Origin: Spirochaetia bacterium
Lineage (GTDB): Bacteria; Spirochaetota; Spirochaetia; CADAEX01
Assembly (NCBI GenBank): GCA_963662795.1
Contig: OY759746.1
Coordinates: 3,008,001 to 3,072,000 of the forward strand
DNA length: 64,000 nucleotides
Direction: 5' to 3'
Of this stretch, positions 51,398 through 61,933 are shown in pieces (the stretch's first letter is position 1; every line of letters begins with the position of its first letter). The position numbers and the translations under genes are program-made. Below the pieces are notes generated by a model. That model ran no database searches, had not been told where the DNA came from, and saw only the letters and a program-made list of their open reading frames with translations.

Positions 51398-53081
51398 AGA
51401 GATATATATAAAGAATATTGCTTTAATAGATGATATAAAAATCGAATTTACCTCCGGATTCAATGTTCTGACGGGAGAGTCAGGCTCAGGTAAATCCCTC
51501 ATCGCCGGTGCGATAGGGCTTCTGAAAGGGGTTAAAGGGGACACGGGAGTAATCAGAACGGGAGAAGACTCAGCTGAAGTTGCTGGTGTATTCGGAATAA
51601 AAAACAATCAGGATGTACTTGACTGGCTGTCTTTTAAAGGGATATCTGCTGAGGATGATTCCATTATTATCAGAAGGTCAGTAAAAGCTAACGGCAGAGG
51701 CACGATAACAGTCCAGTCTACACCTTTAAACAGAAGCGAACTGATTGAACTCACATCACTGCTTTTTGATATTCACGGGCAGAACGAACATCATACAATC
51801 ATGAGCGAGGAGAGGCAGCGGAATCTTCTCGACAGCTATTCAGGACTTCCTGGAGATACGTCATTCTTTTCTTCTCTTTTCAGCGAACTTGGAAAGATGA
51901 AAAAAAGGCTCACTGGACTTGAACTCTCTGAAAAAGAGCGGCTCCGCGAGATCGATATACTCAAATTCACAATAAATGAAATCAATGAGGCAAAAATATC
52001 GGCTGCTGAGGATGAAGAGATTGAAAAAGAGCACAAGATGCTTGTTGAACATGAAAAGCTTTTCAGATTTGTGGCGGAATCCCGTGACGAGTTTTCAGAA
52101 AGTGCTACAGGAATTATTCCCCGCCTTAAAAATACACTGAATACTTCATCTGCTGCAGCAGCTATAGATGAGAGCCTTCTGCCTCTTTCAGAAAGACTTT
52201 CAAACGCTTTTTTTGAAATTGAGGATATAGCTGAATTGCTCAGGGATTATGTACTTAAAGATAACTTCAGTCCGGCAAGACTTGCAAAATGCGAGGAGAG
52301 GCTTGCTGTTCTTCACCGGTTGAAAAAAAAGTACGGGCCTGAAATTGCCGATGTTATAAACCATCAGAATATTTCAGAAATTCGTCTTGCTGAGCTTGAA
52401 AATCTGGCTATAGACAGGGAAGAGCTTAAAGTTGAGATAAAAAAAACGGAAGATGAGGTGCTGAAAAAAGCATTGGTACTCTCGGAGGAAAGGAAGAAGA
52501 ATTCCGCAGTTCTTGAAAAAAAGATAGAAGATGTGCTTAAACAGCTGGGTATGCCGGAAGTGGTTTTCAGCATCCAGGTTAAATCCCGGAAAAATGATTC
52601 CGGCAAACCGGTATGCGGAAGTTACGGATTTGACCAGGTGGAGTTTTTGATATCGCCCAACACAGGAGAGCCTCTCAAGCCAATAGACCAGATTGCCTCC
52701 GGTGGTGAAATGTCACGTATAATGCTTGCCGTAAAAAGTGTTCTCTCTGACAGCGACCCGGTTGATTCAATGCTTTTTGATGAAATCGACTCCGGTATCG
52801 GAGGAGAAGTGGCTGTTTCACTCGGGTATCATCTTCAAAAACTATCAAAAATCAAACAGATAATTTGCATAACTCATCTTGCTTCCATCGCTGTTAATGC
52901 CGATAATCATATAAGGGTTAATAAAATTATTGAAAATAAAAGAACTGTAACACGGGCGGAAAAAGTCGATAATGACAGCAGGGTAACAGAAATTGCCAGA
53001 ATGCTGTCCGGCGACCAGAGCGCTAATGCTTCTCTTGAACACGCAAGGGTGCTTCTGTCAAAAAGAGGGTTGAATGGGTAA
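51390..53081 (+). CDS. recN: DNA repair protein RecN
   Basis: LTGESGSGKS, DIHGQ, ASGGEMSR, FDEIDSG, ITHL, EIARMLSG. Confidence 0.96.
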   Translation: MLEEIYIKNIALIDDIKIEFTSGFNVLTGESGSGKSLIAGAIGLLKGVKGDTGVIRTGEDSAEVAGVFGIKNNQDVLDWLSFKGISAEDDSIIIRRSVKANGRGTITVQSTPLNRSELIELTSLLFDIHGQNEHHTIMSEERQRNLLDSYSGLPGDTSFFSSLFSELGKMKKRLTGLELSEKERLREIDILKFTINEINEAKISAAEDEEIEKEHKMLVEHEKLFRFVAESRDEFSESATGIIPRLKNTLNTSSAAAAIDESLLPLSERLSNAFFEIEDIAELLRDYVLKDNFSPARLAKCEERLAVLHRLKKKYGPEIADVINHQNISEIRLAELENLAIDREELKVEIKKTEDEVLKKALVLSEERKKNSAVLEKKIEDVLKQLGMPEVVFSIQVKSRKNDSGKPVCGSYGFDQVEFLISPNTGEPLKPIDQIASGGEMSRIMLAVKSVLSDSDPVDSMLFDEIDSGIGGEVAVSLGYHLQKLSKIKQIICITHLASIAVNADNHIRVNKIIENKRTVTRAEKVDNDSRVTEIARMLSGDQSANASLEHARVLLSKRGLNG

Positions 53082-53874
53082 GATAACTCAAGAGGCAAGA
53101 AAAAATTATACAGAGCATATTACAAAATACAAGCAAATAATGGAAGAAATTGTAAAAAAGGAAAACAGCTTCAATACAGATCTCAAAACAGGAAAAATAA
53201 CAGAAAAAATTGAATACAAAAAAATTGAAATCGCGGATAATGTTTTAAACCTAAGCTCCTACTACATACTTCTCAACTCGCTATCCTCAAATCTGCTTGG
53301 TGTAAAAAATGAAAACTTCCTTAATGAAGCGCGTAAATCAGTTTACAGGGCTCTTATCTATCTTGAAAGTGTTGTAACAGATGAAATTGATATCCCGTTT
53401 TCTGAACTGTCCGTAGCCCTGGATAAAATATCCGAGCTTTCTGATGAAAAAAGGTTTAATACTGTAAAAAAACTCGGGTTTACAATTGATATGATTAAAG
53501 ATTCTTTCGGGGAAAATTCAAAATGGAAATGGTCTTTTGTAGAGCTTGAAGGGCGTTTCGCAACAGTTGCTAAAAATATGATAAACTACAAAACTCTTGT
53601 TTCAGGGATGGACCCTACGGCAGCGGGATATGAACTCAGGGTATATCACTTAAACCTTGTCAAGAAAATGCTTATGCTTGCGGCAACCCGCTACAGGGAA
53701 AAATATGAACTTAACACCTTCCGGATTGATGATTTTAAACTGGCGCTCAACTATCTGTCTGCCCTAAGAAGAATACATGTATATCTTGGTGAGACAAATG
53801 ATTCTGAAACTGTGAAAAAGAATCTTGAAATCTGGAAAAACAAGATGGAAAAAGATTCAAGTAAAAGTATCTGA
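53074..53874 (+). CDS. Hypothetical helical protein whose start overlaps the recN stop
   Basis: 266-aa ORF overlapping the recN stop; FGENSKWKWSFVELEGR; no family recognised. Confidence 0.7.
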   Translation: MGKITQEARKNYTEHITKYKQIMEEIVKKENSFNTDLKTGKITEKIEYKKIEIADNVLNLSSYYILLNSLSSNLLGVKNENFLNEARKSVYRALIYLESVVTDEIDIPFSELSVALDKISELSDEKRFNTVKKLGFTIDMIKDSFGENSKWKWSFVELEGRFATVAKNMINYKTLVSGMDPTAAGYELRVYHLNLVKKMLMLAATRYREKYELNTFRIDDFKLALNYLSALRRIHVYLGETNDSETVKKNLEIWKNKMEKDSSKSI

Positions 53875-53974
53875 CCGGTCCTGACTGCTTATCAATAAAC
53901 TTTTATGGCAATATCCATTATTTTAAGACATTAACACTTCATTAACAGCAGTCAGCAAATAAATTTGAATGTAG

Positions 53975-54376
53975 TCAGTTTTTTTTCAGGTCATGCAGGG
54001 AATCTTCAGGATAAAGTTCTCCAAGCAGCATCATTTTGAAATTTTTGTCCCTGCCGGCATAGAAAACAGGCGCATCTCCTTCGCAGAATTCCGACAGCAC
54101 CTGTCTGCAGGCTCCGCATGGAGGAACGGGAGATGGGGAATCCGCGCAGTATACGGCAACGGCTGTAAACACTTTTTTCCCACAGCCGGCCGCAGTGCTT
54201 ACTGCAGAGCGTTCGGCACAGATTGTAAGACCGTAGGATCTGTTTTCAATATTGCATCCGGTAAATATGCTGCCGTCGGTGCATAAAAGAGCCGCCCCGA
54301 CATGAAACCCTGAATAAGGTGCATAAGAAAAGCGGGATGCAAAAACTGCAGCTTCTTTTAAATTTGTATAATCCAT
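53975..54376 (-). CDS. cdd: Cytidine deaminase
   Basis: YAPYSGFHVGAAL, GCNIEN, CAERSA, PCGACRQ. Confidence 0.93.
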   Translation of the reverse strand: MDYTNLKEAAVFASRFSYAPYSGFHVGAALLCTDGSIFTGCNIENRSYGLTICAERSAVSTAAGCGKKVFTAVAVYCADSPSPVPPCGACRQVLSEFCEGDAPVFYAGRDKNFKMMLLGELYPEDSLHDLKKN

Positions 54377-54471
54377 GTCCAGTTCTCCTCCGTAATATTT
54401 CGTTGACACCTGCAAATCTATTATATACAATTGAATATGATTACAGCAAGGCCGGATAAACAGCAGGATTT

Positions 54472-55527
54472 ATGAAAAAAAAACGAAAAAAAATCAGTGT
54501 TTTGTTCTTCCTGATCATATATATATTTCTTGCTCCTGAATATGAGAATAATTCCATAAAATTTTCTCCGGTCTGGGTTCTGAATGCGCTTAAGCCTGAG
54601 CAGGGGGACGCAGAAAAGAATTCCCTGATTCCGTTCAGACTTGGAGAGGTTTTCGGATATTTTGACCGCAGCGGAAAGACTTCATTTATAGACAGGGTTT
54701 TTTACAATACTGCTCAGAATAAAAAATATTTTATCAATTATACTTCTGTAACGGAAAATCTTGTTGTAAATAAAAATGACAGAACTTTTGTTTCGAATTT
54801 AAAGACAGCAGGTTATCCCTATTTTATCGATGACAGGCTTTTTGTAATTTCAGCAAACAGCAAAAAAATATCGGAATGGAGTATTGAAGGGGAGAATATT
54901 TTTTCCTATGAAAATGAATCGGAAATTATATCTTCCGATGCCAATATTGATACCTATATTGCAGGATTTGTAGACGGGTCTGTCATAATTACGGATAAAG
55001 ACAGAAAAATTGAAAAGCTGATGAAACCGGAGTTGAGCAGAATAAATGCTGTTTACGGACTTGCCATTTCAGGTGATTCCGACCTGATAGCCATGATAAC
55101 AGGTCTTGATCCCCAGTACATGATTATAATGGAGAAAAAACACAACCAGTACAGCAGGATATATACTTACCAGTTCAATAATAATCTGAGACATTCACGG
55201 TACATAACATTTTCAGATGACAACAGATATCTTTTTTTTGAAAGTGAAAATATTTTTTACTGTTATGATTTTCTGACTAAATCCCTTTCAAACACTCCTC
55301 TTGAGGGTAAGATCATTGCTGTACATTATCTGTCTGATTCAGGTTTCTCCGCTGTTAAAACTGAAGGTCCGGCAGGGCAGTCGTATTTTTATCTGATTTA
55401 TCCTGACGGCAGCATTCTGTACAGAAATAAAAGCAAATCAGGCAATGTTTTCATGACCGGCAGCGGCGGAAGATTTTATTTCGGAACAGGTAATTTTATA
55501 TATTCGGTAGATATACTTGATGATTAA
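54472..55527 (+). CDS. Membrane-anchored beta-propeller-like protein
   Basis: N-terminal TM; beta-rich repeats (AGFVDG, LAISGD, FSDDNRYL). Confidence 0.55.
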   Translation: MKKKRKKISVLFFLIIYIFLAPEYENNSIKFSPVWVLNALKPEQGDAEKNSLIPFRLGEVFGYFDRSGKTSFIDRVFYNTAQNKKYFINYTSVTENLVVNKNDRTFVSNLKTAGYPYFIDDRLFVISANSKKISEWSIEGENIFSYENESEIISSDANIDTYIAGFVDGSVIITDKDRKIEKLMKPELSRINAVYGLAISGDSDLIAMITGLDPQYMIIMEKKHNQYSRIYTYQFNNNLRHSRYITFSDDNRYLFFESENIFYCYDFLTKSLSNTPLEGKIIAVHYLSDSGFSAVKTEGPAGQSYFYLIYPDGSILYRNKSKSGNVFMTGSGGRFYFGTGNFIYSVDILDD

Positions 55528-55555
55528 ATCCACTGTCCCGGAGAGGAATAACAGC

Positions 55556-56437
55556 ATGAAAAAATATTTTGTTTTTTTTCTGTTATTAATTATAAATGCC
55601 GCAACTCTTTATTCCCTGCAATGGCCGGTTGAGAAATGGGTTCTCCAGTCAACATTTGCTGAAAACAGGGGTGATCACTATCAAACAGGTATAGGAATAG
55701 GGGGGGGAGAACAGAAGGTTCTGTCTGTTGCGGACGGGGAAATTGTCTATTACCAGGAAGAAAATACTTTTTCAGCCCTTCCTTCCGGGCTCGGCAATTA
55801 TATCGTAATTGAGCATGAAAGACAGCTCAGAACTACCTATGCAAATCTGAAAAAGGATTCCATAGATAAAAAAAGCATAAAAGTCAAAGCTGGTGATAAA
55901 ATCGGCCTTATAGGCGACAGCGGAGCATCCAGCGGCCCTGTTCTCCATTTTGAGGTTATTGATCTCGAACTCAATGAAATTGTTAACCCCCTCATGCTGC
56001 TTCCTCCTGCCGGAGACAAAACAAAACCGGCCATTAAAGAGGTTTTTATAGAAATGACAGGAAGCGAGAATGAGATAAAACTCTCACCCCGGAATGATAT
56101 AAAGGCCGGAAAATATGATTTAAGCGCGGTAATCTATGATACCAGCGAATATGTTGATTATTTTTGTCAGCTTGCCCCGTATAAGATAAATGTCTACATT
56201 AACGGCGAAGAAGCTGCCTCTATATCCTATAATTCCATTAAAAAGAATGATAAATCGCTTGTATTAAGCAGCAACATGAAGAAAGTATCTGAATACTATA
56301 AAAACACCGTGAATAACTGGCATATTTATCTTGGGCAGTTCGAAATCAGCGCGGGAATGATCCGGGTAGAAATTGCAGCATCAGATTTTGCAGGAAACGA
56401 AACTTCAAAAGAATTTTTACTGGTTTCCCAAAAATAG
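55556..56437 (+). CDS. Exported M23/LytM-domain protein with a degenerate active site
   Basis: Signal peptide; WPV, VADGEIV, LGNYIVIEH, G.SG.SSGPVLHFEV, VNPL. Confidence 0.8.
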   Translation: MKKYFVFFLLLIINAATLYSLQWPVEKWVLQSTFAENRGDHYQTGIGIGGGEQKVLSVADGEIVYYQEENTFSALPSGLGNYIVIEHERQLRTTYANLKKDSIDKKSIKVKAGDKIGLIGDSGASSGPVLHFEVIDLELNEIVNPLMLLPPAGDKTKPAIKEVFIEMTGSENEIKLSPRNDIKAGKYDLSAVIYDTSEYVDYFCQLAPYKINVYINGEEAASISYNSIKKNDKSLVLSSNMKKVSEYYKNTVNNWHIYLGQFEISAGMIRVEIAASDFAGNETSKEFLLVSQK

Positions 56438-56450
56438 GTCAGGGCATTAG

Positions 56451-57308
56451 TTGAAAACTTATTCAAAAATCCCTTCAGGAGAGAGACTTAAGGGCATTTT
56501 ATGCCCCCTGTGCGGCAGCGGAGAAGAGAAGCACACTCTTCTTTATACTTATGATCTCTATAGTTTTAAAAAATGCTCAGGCTGCTCTCTTGTCCTTCAG
56601 AATCCCCAACCGCTTTTCCCTGACCTGTCCCAGAGGTATGATGAAGATTATTTTAAATACGAAATTGAGAATGAGGAATCCTTTTTTTCACTTATGATGA
56701 TGGCCCTTTCTGACATAGGTTTTGACAGCCTTGATTTATCATCATTTAAAAAGTTGAGAATTCTTGATATCGGATGTGCGACAGGCAGATTCCTTTTGGA
56801 ATTCAGAAACAGAGACTGGGAAACTGCCGGAGTCGAAATATGCTCAAGGGCTGCAGAGTACGGAAATAAACAAAGAGGGGTAAATATTCACAATTGTACG
56901 CTTGAAGAGGCACATTTCCCTGAAAAAAGTTTTTCTGTTGTTCATGCATCGCATCTTATAGAACATCTCAATGATCCGGCTTCATTCCTTAGAGAGATCC
57001 ACAGGATTCTTGATGACAGGGGATTTCTGATAATTGTCACCCCCAATATTAAAAGTCTGCAGGGATTCCTTTTCAGGTCCGGATGGAGGTCCGCAATTGC
57101 TGATCATCTTTTTCTGTATTCACTTAAAACACTTGAGAATATATGCATTAAATACGGTTTTAAGCTGATAAGGAAAAAAACATGGGGAGGTCTTGCAAAA
57201 GGGCTTGCCCCTCCTGCCGTAAAAAAAATATTTGATAAAGTTGCAAAAAAAACCGGGACAGGTGATGTTATGGTAATGCTTTTTCAGAAAAAAGCAGAAA
57301 ATCCATGA
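56451..57308 (+). CDS. Class I SAM-dependent methyltransferase with N-terminal Zn site
   Basis: CPLC...CSGC; LDIGCATG; HLIEHL; VTPN. Confidence 0.85.
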   Translation: MKTYSKIPSGERLKGILCPLCGSGEEKHTLLYTYDLYSFKKCSGCSLVLQNPQPLFPDLSQRYDEDYFKYEIENEESFFSLMMMALSDIGFDSLDLSSFKKLRILDIGCATGRFLLEFRNRDWETAGVEICSRAAEYGNKQRGVNIHNCTLEEAHFPEKSFSVVHASHLIEHLNDPASFLREIHRILDDRGFLIIVTPNIKSLQGFLFRSGWRSAIADHLFLYSLKTLENICIKYGFKLIRKKTWGGLAKGLAPPAVKKIFDKVAKKTGTGDVMVMLFQKKAENP

Positions 57309-57428
57309 GTCTGACTATAATTTATTTGTTAACCCTCCATGATACAGCCAAAGTTCAAAAACAAAATATCGCTATTGACACTCCAAAATCATTTTAATAG
57401 GATAATTTTAAAACCGGGGGGAGACCTT

Positions 57429-58169
57429 ATGACCAAAGATAGACTCAAGTCATATTCATATTCTTCTTTGAAAGAAATGGCCAGAAAGGAAGGAATCATA
57501 AATTATCAGAATCTCCCTCTGGAAAAACTCATCGATGCTGTAATAGAAGCTCTTGAAGAAAACAGAAATGACAGAATTATATCCAACAGTATAATTATCA
57601 GGGGAGAAGAGAAAAAATTCGATATATTCCGGGATGAGGAAATTGAAACCCAGGACATAAATGAATATTCTATACCTGAAAGTTACAATGAAACAAAAAT
57701 ACATATAATGCTTGTTGAGCCGCTGCTTGCCTATGCATACTGGGACCTCTGTGAAAAAGACAGACTTGTTTATTCCAATACTGTAAAACAGGGCAAACTG
57801 CTGCTGCGTGTCCATGAAAAATCAAATGAAGATAGAATTGAAGATGAAAATATTCCGGATTTTTTTGATATCCCGGTAAGGCTGAAAGATGAGAACTGGT
57901 ATATAAATCTTCCATCACATAATTCAAGTTATTCTATCGAACTTATACTGTATATGTACGGAGATGAGAGAATACTCTGCACATCAAACACAATAACCGG
58001 CCCGCCAAGGACAATGGAAGATATAAAGACATGTCAGGATTGTTTAAGCGAGGATTTTCTGGTCCTTTCCGGATTTTATGATTTTACAGATGGACCTTCA
58101 GATAACAGCATACCTCAGCGTATTATTTCATTTCTTGATAATAAATACCTGATTGACACAGAAAATTAA
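57429..58169 (+). CDS. DUF4912-like protein with a Rho N-terminal-like helix pair
   Basis: LKEMARKEGI; IPESYNET.I..MLVEP...YAYWD; NWYINLP; upstream of GH57. Confidence 0.75.
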   Translation: MTKDRLKSYSYSSLKEMARKEGIINYQNLPLEKLIDAVIEALEENRNDRIISNSIIIRGEEKKFDIFRDEEIETQDINEYSIPESYNETKIHIMLVEPLLAYAYWDLCEKDRLVYSNTVKQGKLLLRVHEKSNEDRIEDENIPDFFDIPVRLKDENWYINLPSHNSSYSIELILYMYGDERILCTSNTITGPPRTMEDIKTCQDCLSEDFLVLSGFYDFTDGPSDNSIPQRIISFLDNKYLIDTEN

Positions 58170-58181
58170 GAGGACCTGCGA

Positions 58182-59774
58182 ATGCATAACGGATATTTAT
58201 TATTTGTCTTGAATGCTCATTTACCTTTTGTGAGACATCCGGCTTACAACCGCTTTATAGAGGAGAACTGGCTCTATGGCGCCATATCCGAGACATATCT
58301 GCCTCTGCTAAGGGCATTCAACAGGCTTGACCGGGATAATGTTCAATTCTGCGTGACACTGGCAATTTCTCCGACACTTGCATCCATGCTTTCCGATGAA
58401 ATGCTTCAGGGCAGGTATTTACAGTATCTTGATGAGAGAATTGAACTTGGTAAAAAAGAGATAGAACGAACATCATTTGATCCGGTTTTTAACAGGCTTG
58501 CAAAGATGTATCATTCCTCCAATATCCAGAACCGTACTGATTTTACTGATCTTTATAAATTGAATATCCTGAAAGGATTCAAGGAGCTTGAGAAGAAGGG
58601 ACGGCTCCAGATAATTACATCAGCCGCAACACATGCATATCTCCCGTTTTATTCTGATTACAGCAATGCTCTTGAAGCCCAGGTGCAGACAGCTGTAATT
58701 TCCCACAGCAGGATTTTCGGCAAAGAACCATCCGGATTTTGGCTTCCGGAACTTGGATATGCGCCTGGAATTGAAAAAACACTTAAAGCAAATAATATTA
58801 AATATTTTTTTACAGCAGGCTATTCATTCCTGTTTGCGAAGGAATTTCCCAAATACGGAATATATGCGCCTGTATCATGTTCTCCCGGTATAAATGCTTT
58901 CTGCAGGGACATACTTACATCCAATTCTGTCTGGTCATATGATGACGGTTATCCCGGTAACCGTACTTACAGGGAATATTACAGGGACATCGGTTTTGAA
59001 ATGACAGATGAATACCTTGAAAACATTGTCTATAAAGATCGTGTAAGGGTAAACACAGGATTCAAATATTACGCAAATACAGGAAAACCGAGGGAAGAAA
59101 AAAAGCCTTATGACATTGATGAGGCGCAGCAGAAAGTGAATGAACATGCTGAAAACTTTATCTACAGGATGCAGAAACAGGTGAAAAAACTTTCAAAACA
59201 CATGGACAGGCCTCCTGTTTTTGTATGCCTTTACGATGCGCAGATTTTCGGTCACTGGTGGTATGAGGGTATACCCTGGCTTGAAAAGGTTTTAAGGCTC
59301 ACTTCATCGGATAACAGTCTCACTACGATCAGCGCTGATGATTATATTGAAAAATGGCCTGAAAACCAGAAAAACGAAATCTCTTTTGCAAGCTGGGGCA
59401 ACAACGGTTATGCCAGAATATGGTGCAGCGGAAGCAATGACTGGGTTTATAAGCATGTCCATATAGTTATTGATAAAATGGCAGAACTTGTCAAAAGATT
59501 CCCTGATGAAAAAGGACTTAAGGAAAGAGCACTTAATCAGGCCGCGAGGGAGGTTCTTCTCTCCCAGGCATCGGACTGGCCTTTTATTATGCAGACAGGA
59601 ATTGCAAAACCATATGCCGAGAAACGGGTAAAGGAACATATACATAACTTTCTTGTAATATACGATAATCTCTGCCGTAACACTGTAGATACTGAATGGC
59701 TGACCGGGATAGAGAAGGAAAACAATCTTTTTCCTGACATTGATTACAGGATTTTTATGGACAGCAGTACATGA
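58182..59774 (+). CDS. Glycoside hydrolase family 57, 1,4-alpha-glucan branching enzyme type
   Basis: AHLPFVRHP, ETYLPL, ATHAYLP, WLPE, FGHWWYEG, SDWPFI. Confidence 0.9.
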   Translation: MHNGYLLFVLNAHLPFVRHPAYNRFIEENWLYGAISETYLPLLRAFNRLDRDNVQFCVTLAISPTLASMLSDEMLQGRYLQYLDERIELGKKEIERTSFDPVFNRLAKMYHSSNIQNRTDFTDLYKLNILKGFKELEKKGRLQIITSAATHAYLPFYSDYSNALEAQVQTAVISHSRIFGKEPSGFWLPELGYAPGIEKTLKANNIKYFFTAGYSFLFAKEFPKYGIYAPVSCSPGINAFCRDILTSNSVWSYDDGYPGNRTYREYYRDIGFEMTDEYLENIVYKDRVRVNTGFKYYANTGKPREEKKPYDIDEAQQKVNEHAENFIYRMQKQVKKLSKHMDRPPVFVCLYDAQIFGHWWYEGIPWLEKVLRLTSSDNSLTTISADDYIEKWPENQKNEISFASWGNNGYARIWCSGSNDWVYKHVHIVIDKMAELVKRFPDEKGLKERALNQAAREVLLSQASDWPFIMQTGIAKPYAEKRVKEHIHNFLVIYDNLCRNTVDTEWLTGIEKENNLFPDIDYRIFMDSST

Positions 59775-59795
59775 TATCCAGTGTCGGAAACCGGA

Positions 59796-60041
59796 TCAGA
59801 TCAGGCTTTCAAGTTCAGATAAGGTAAGCTGCTCGAGGTGAAATGACGTAACTGTTTCATTCCTGTCTTCCCTTGTTGTTTTTTTATAGACCCTGAATGC
59901 TATTGTTTTTATACTTGGGAATGGAAGCCTCGCTGGATAGCCGTTGATGTCAACTATCTGATTTACAGTCAGCATATGGGGTATTTCCTGCCTGTCTCCT
60001 TCCGGATATACTATCTCCCTGATATCGTATTTCATCAGCAC
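59796..60041 (-). CDS. Small hypothetical protein
   Basis: GAGG RBS; IVYPEGD.QEI, VDING, LEQL; fills the intergenic gap. Confidence 0.6.
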   Translation of the reverse strand: MLMKYDIREIVYPEGDRQEIPHMLTVNQIVDINGYPARLPFPSIKTIAFRVYKKTTREDRNETVTSFHLEQLTLSELESLI

Positions 60042-60166
60042 CTCATATTATTCCAGTATTATTCAATTATAGTAAAAGTAATCCCATTATCCTTCCATAC
60101 TTAAAATATGTTAAGTACCCAGGGCGGTAAAATATAGTTTTTTCAATGTTGGATTAAAAAACAAAG

Positions 60167-60246
60167 TTGACATATGAATTTAATCCTTTATTATTACTTT
60201 GAGTGGTAAAAAGTGGTAAAAAATAGGGGAAAGTGGTATTTAGTGT
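60167..60246 (+). promoter_or_regulatory. dcw promoter with MraZ-binding direct repeats
   Basis: TTGACA at 60167; GTGG at 60203, 60213 and 60233 plus GTGT at 60243 (10-bp period). Confidence 0.75.
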
Positions 60247-60685
60247 GTTAAGCGGGGAATTTGTTAATAATATTGATGAAAAAGGGCGCATTATGATTCC
60301 TGTAAAGTTAAGGGCTGCCATAGATGGCGATTCTCTTATCCTTACCAGGGGCGTTGATCAGTGTCTCTGGCTTTTCCCCGTTTCCGAGTGGCAGAAGGTT
60401 TCACAGCAGATTATGTCTGCAACTTCAATTCTTCAGGCAAGGGCGCGGATGATCCAGAGAAGAATTATCGCACCTGCTCAGGAAACTGAAATCGACAGAT
60501 CCGGCAGGATAAATATAGCGCCTGTTTTGAGGACATTTGCACAGCTTAAAAAGGAATGTGTAATACTTGGGATAAATAATTATATTGAAATATGGGATGA
60601 AGAGGTTTATCAGAAATACTGGGAGGAGAATGAGGCTGATTTTCAGAAAGCTGCGGAAGAGCTTGGAAAAATAGTCTCGGTATAA
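60245..60685 (+). CDS. mraZ: Division/cell wall cluster repressor MraZ (GTG start at 60245 preferred over 60233)
   Basis: IDEKGRI.IP, LTRG.DQCL, IDRSGRI, IEIWD. Confidence 0.93.
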   Translation: MLSGEFVNNIDEKGRIMIPVKLRAAIDGDSLILTRGVDQCLWLFPVSEWQKVSQQIMSATSILQARARMIQRRIIAPAQETEIDRSGRINIAPVLRTFAQLKKECVILGINNYIEIWDEEVYQKYWEENEADFQKAAEELGKIVSV

Positions 60686-60686
60686 C

Positions 60687-61631
60687 ATGGTTGAAGTAGT
60701 CCATTATTCCGTAATGAAAAATGAAGTTGTCTCATTTTTAAAACCTGATAAACCCGGTCAGATTCTTATCGATGCAACTACAGGAGAAGGCGGGCATTCC
60801 GAGTGGTTTTTAAAACGCTATCCTGATATCAATGTTGTCTGCCTTGATGCTGATGAAGCGATAATGGATATAGCCAGAAAAAGGCTTGAGTGCTTTGGAA
60901 GCCAGGTGAGATTTTACAACAAGTGGTTTAATGCTTTTTTCAGGGATTATCCGTCAGACCTTGAACGGCCGGACAGAATCCTCTTTGATCTCGGTATTTC
61001 AACATTCCATTATGAAAAAGCGGAAAGGGGATTTTCATTCAGGAAGGACGAAAATCTGGATATGAGGCTTGAAAAACACCTTGAAATTTCGGCCGCGGAT
61101 ATTGTTAATACTTATCCGCAGAAAGAGCTTGCTGACATAATCTATGAATACGGCGAAGAGAGGTATTCCAGGAAAATTGCAGAAGCTGTAGTCAGGTACA
61201 GGAAAAACAGCAGGATAAGAACTACAGGGGAATTTGCCGAGATTATCTGGAATGCTGTTCCTGTTTCCTACAGGCATGGGAGAATTCATCCTTCCACACG
61301 CACTTTCCAGGCTTTGCGTATTGCTGTAAACGGCGAACTCGCGCGTCTTAAGGAAGCTCTTGAAGGGGCCCTTTCTGTCCTTAATGTGGGCGGGCGGATA
61401 GGTGTTATAAGCTTTCATTCGCTTGAGGACAGGATTGTGAAGCATTTTTTCAGGGATATGGCCAAAGATTGTATATGCCCTCCTGAAACGCCGATATGTA
61501 ATTGCAGGGGAGTAAAAATTGTTGAATTGATTACAAAAAAACCTGTTGTTCCGGAGGCAGAAGAAATCAATGATAATCTGCCTTCACGGAGTTCAAAATT
61601 GCGTGTCATTGAAAAGGTTAACGAACTATGA
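60687..61631 (+). CDS. rsmH: 16S rRNA m4C1402 methyltransferase
   Basis: DATTGEGGHS, DLGIS, LDMR, YGEE, TFQALRIAVN, SFHSLEDRIVK. Confidence 0.96.
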   Translation: MVEVVHYSVMKNEVVSFLKPDKPGQILIDATTGEGGHSEWFLKRYPDINVVCLDADEAIMDIARKRLECFGSQVRFYNKWFNAFFRDYPSDLERPDRILFDLGISTFHYEKAERGFSFRKDENLDMRLEKHLEISAADIVNTYPQKELADIIYEYGEERYSRKIAEAVVRYRKNSRIRTTGEFAEIIWNAVPVSYRHGRIHPSTRTFQALRIAVNGELARLKEALEGALSVLNVGGRIGVISFHSLEDRIVKHFFRDMAKDCICPPETPICNCRGVKIVELITKKPVVPEAEEINDNLPSRSSKLRVIEKVNEL

Positions 61632-61933
61632 AAAGTGTTAAAAAAACAGTTCTTGTGGCACTTGCTGTTATTACAGTGCCTGTTCTCCTTTTTCTGAATG
61701 TATGGCAGGGATTCCGTTATGAAAGGATGAATGCTGAGATCAGAAATTATGAATATGAGCAGAAAGAATGGTTTGAGGAGAACAAAAGAATGCTGGCTGC
61801 CTTATCTGTATACAGTTCTCCGGCCAGAGTTGAAAAAATTGTTGATGAGGATTCGGAATTAAGCATACAAAAGCCCGGACAGGCCATAATAATAAAATTT
61901 TCGCGGAATCAGGAAGGAGTTGCAGGTGAGTAA
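61628..61933 (+). CDS. ftsL: Cell division protein FtsL-like
   Basis: One TM plus coiled coil, SSPARVEKI; position after rsmH. Confidence 0.7.
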   Translation: MKSVKKTVLVALAVITVPVLLFLNVWQGFRYERMNAEIRNYEYEQKEWFEENKRMLAALSVYSSPARVEKIVDEDSELSIQKPGQAIIIKFSRNQEGVAGE

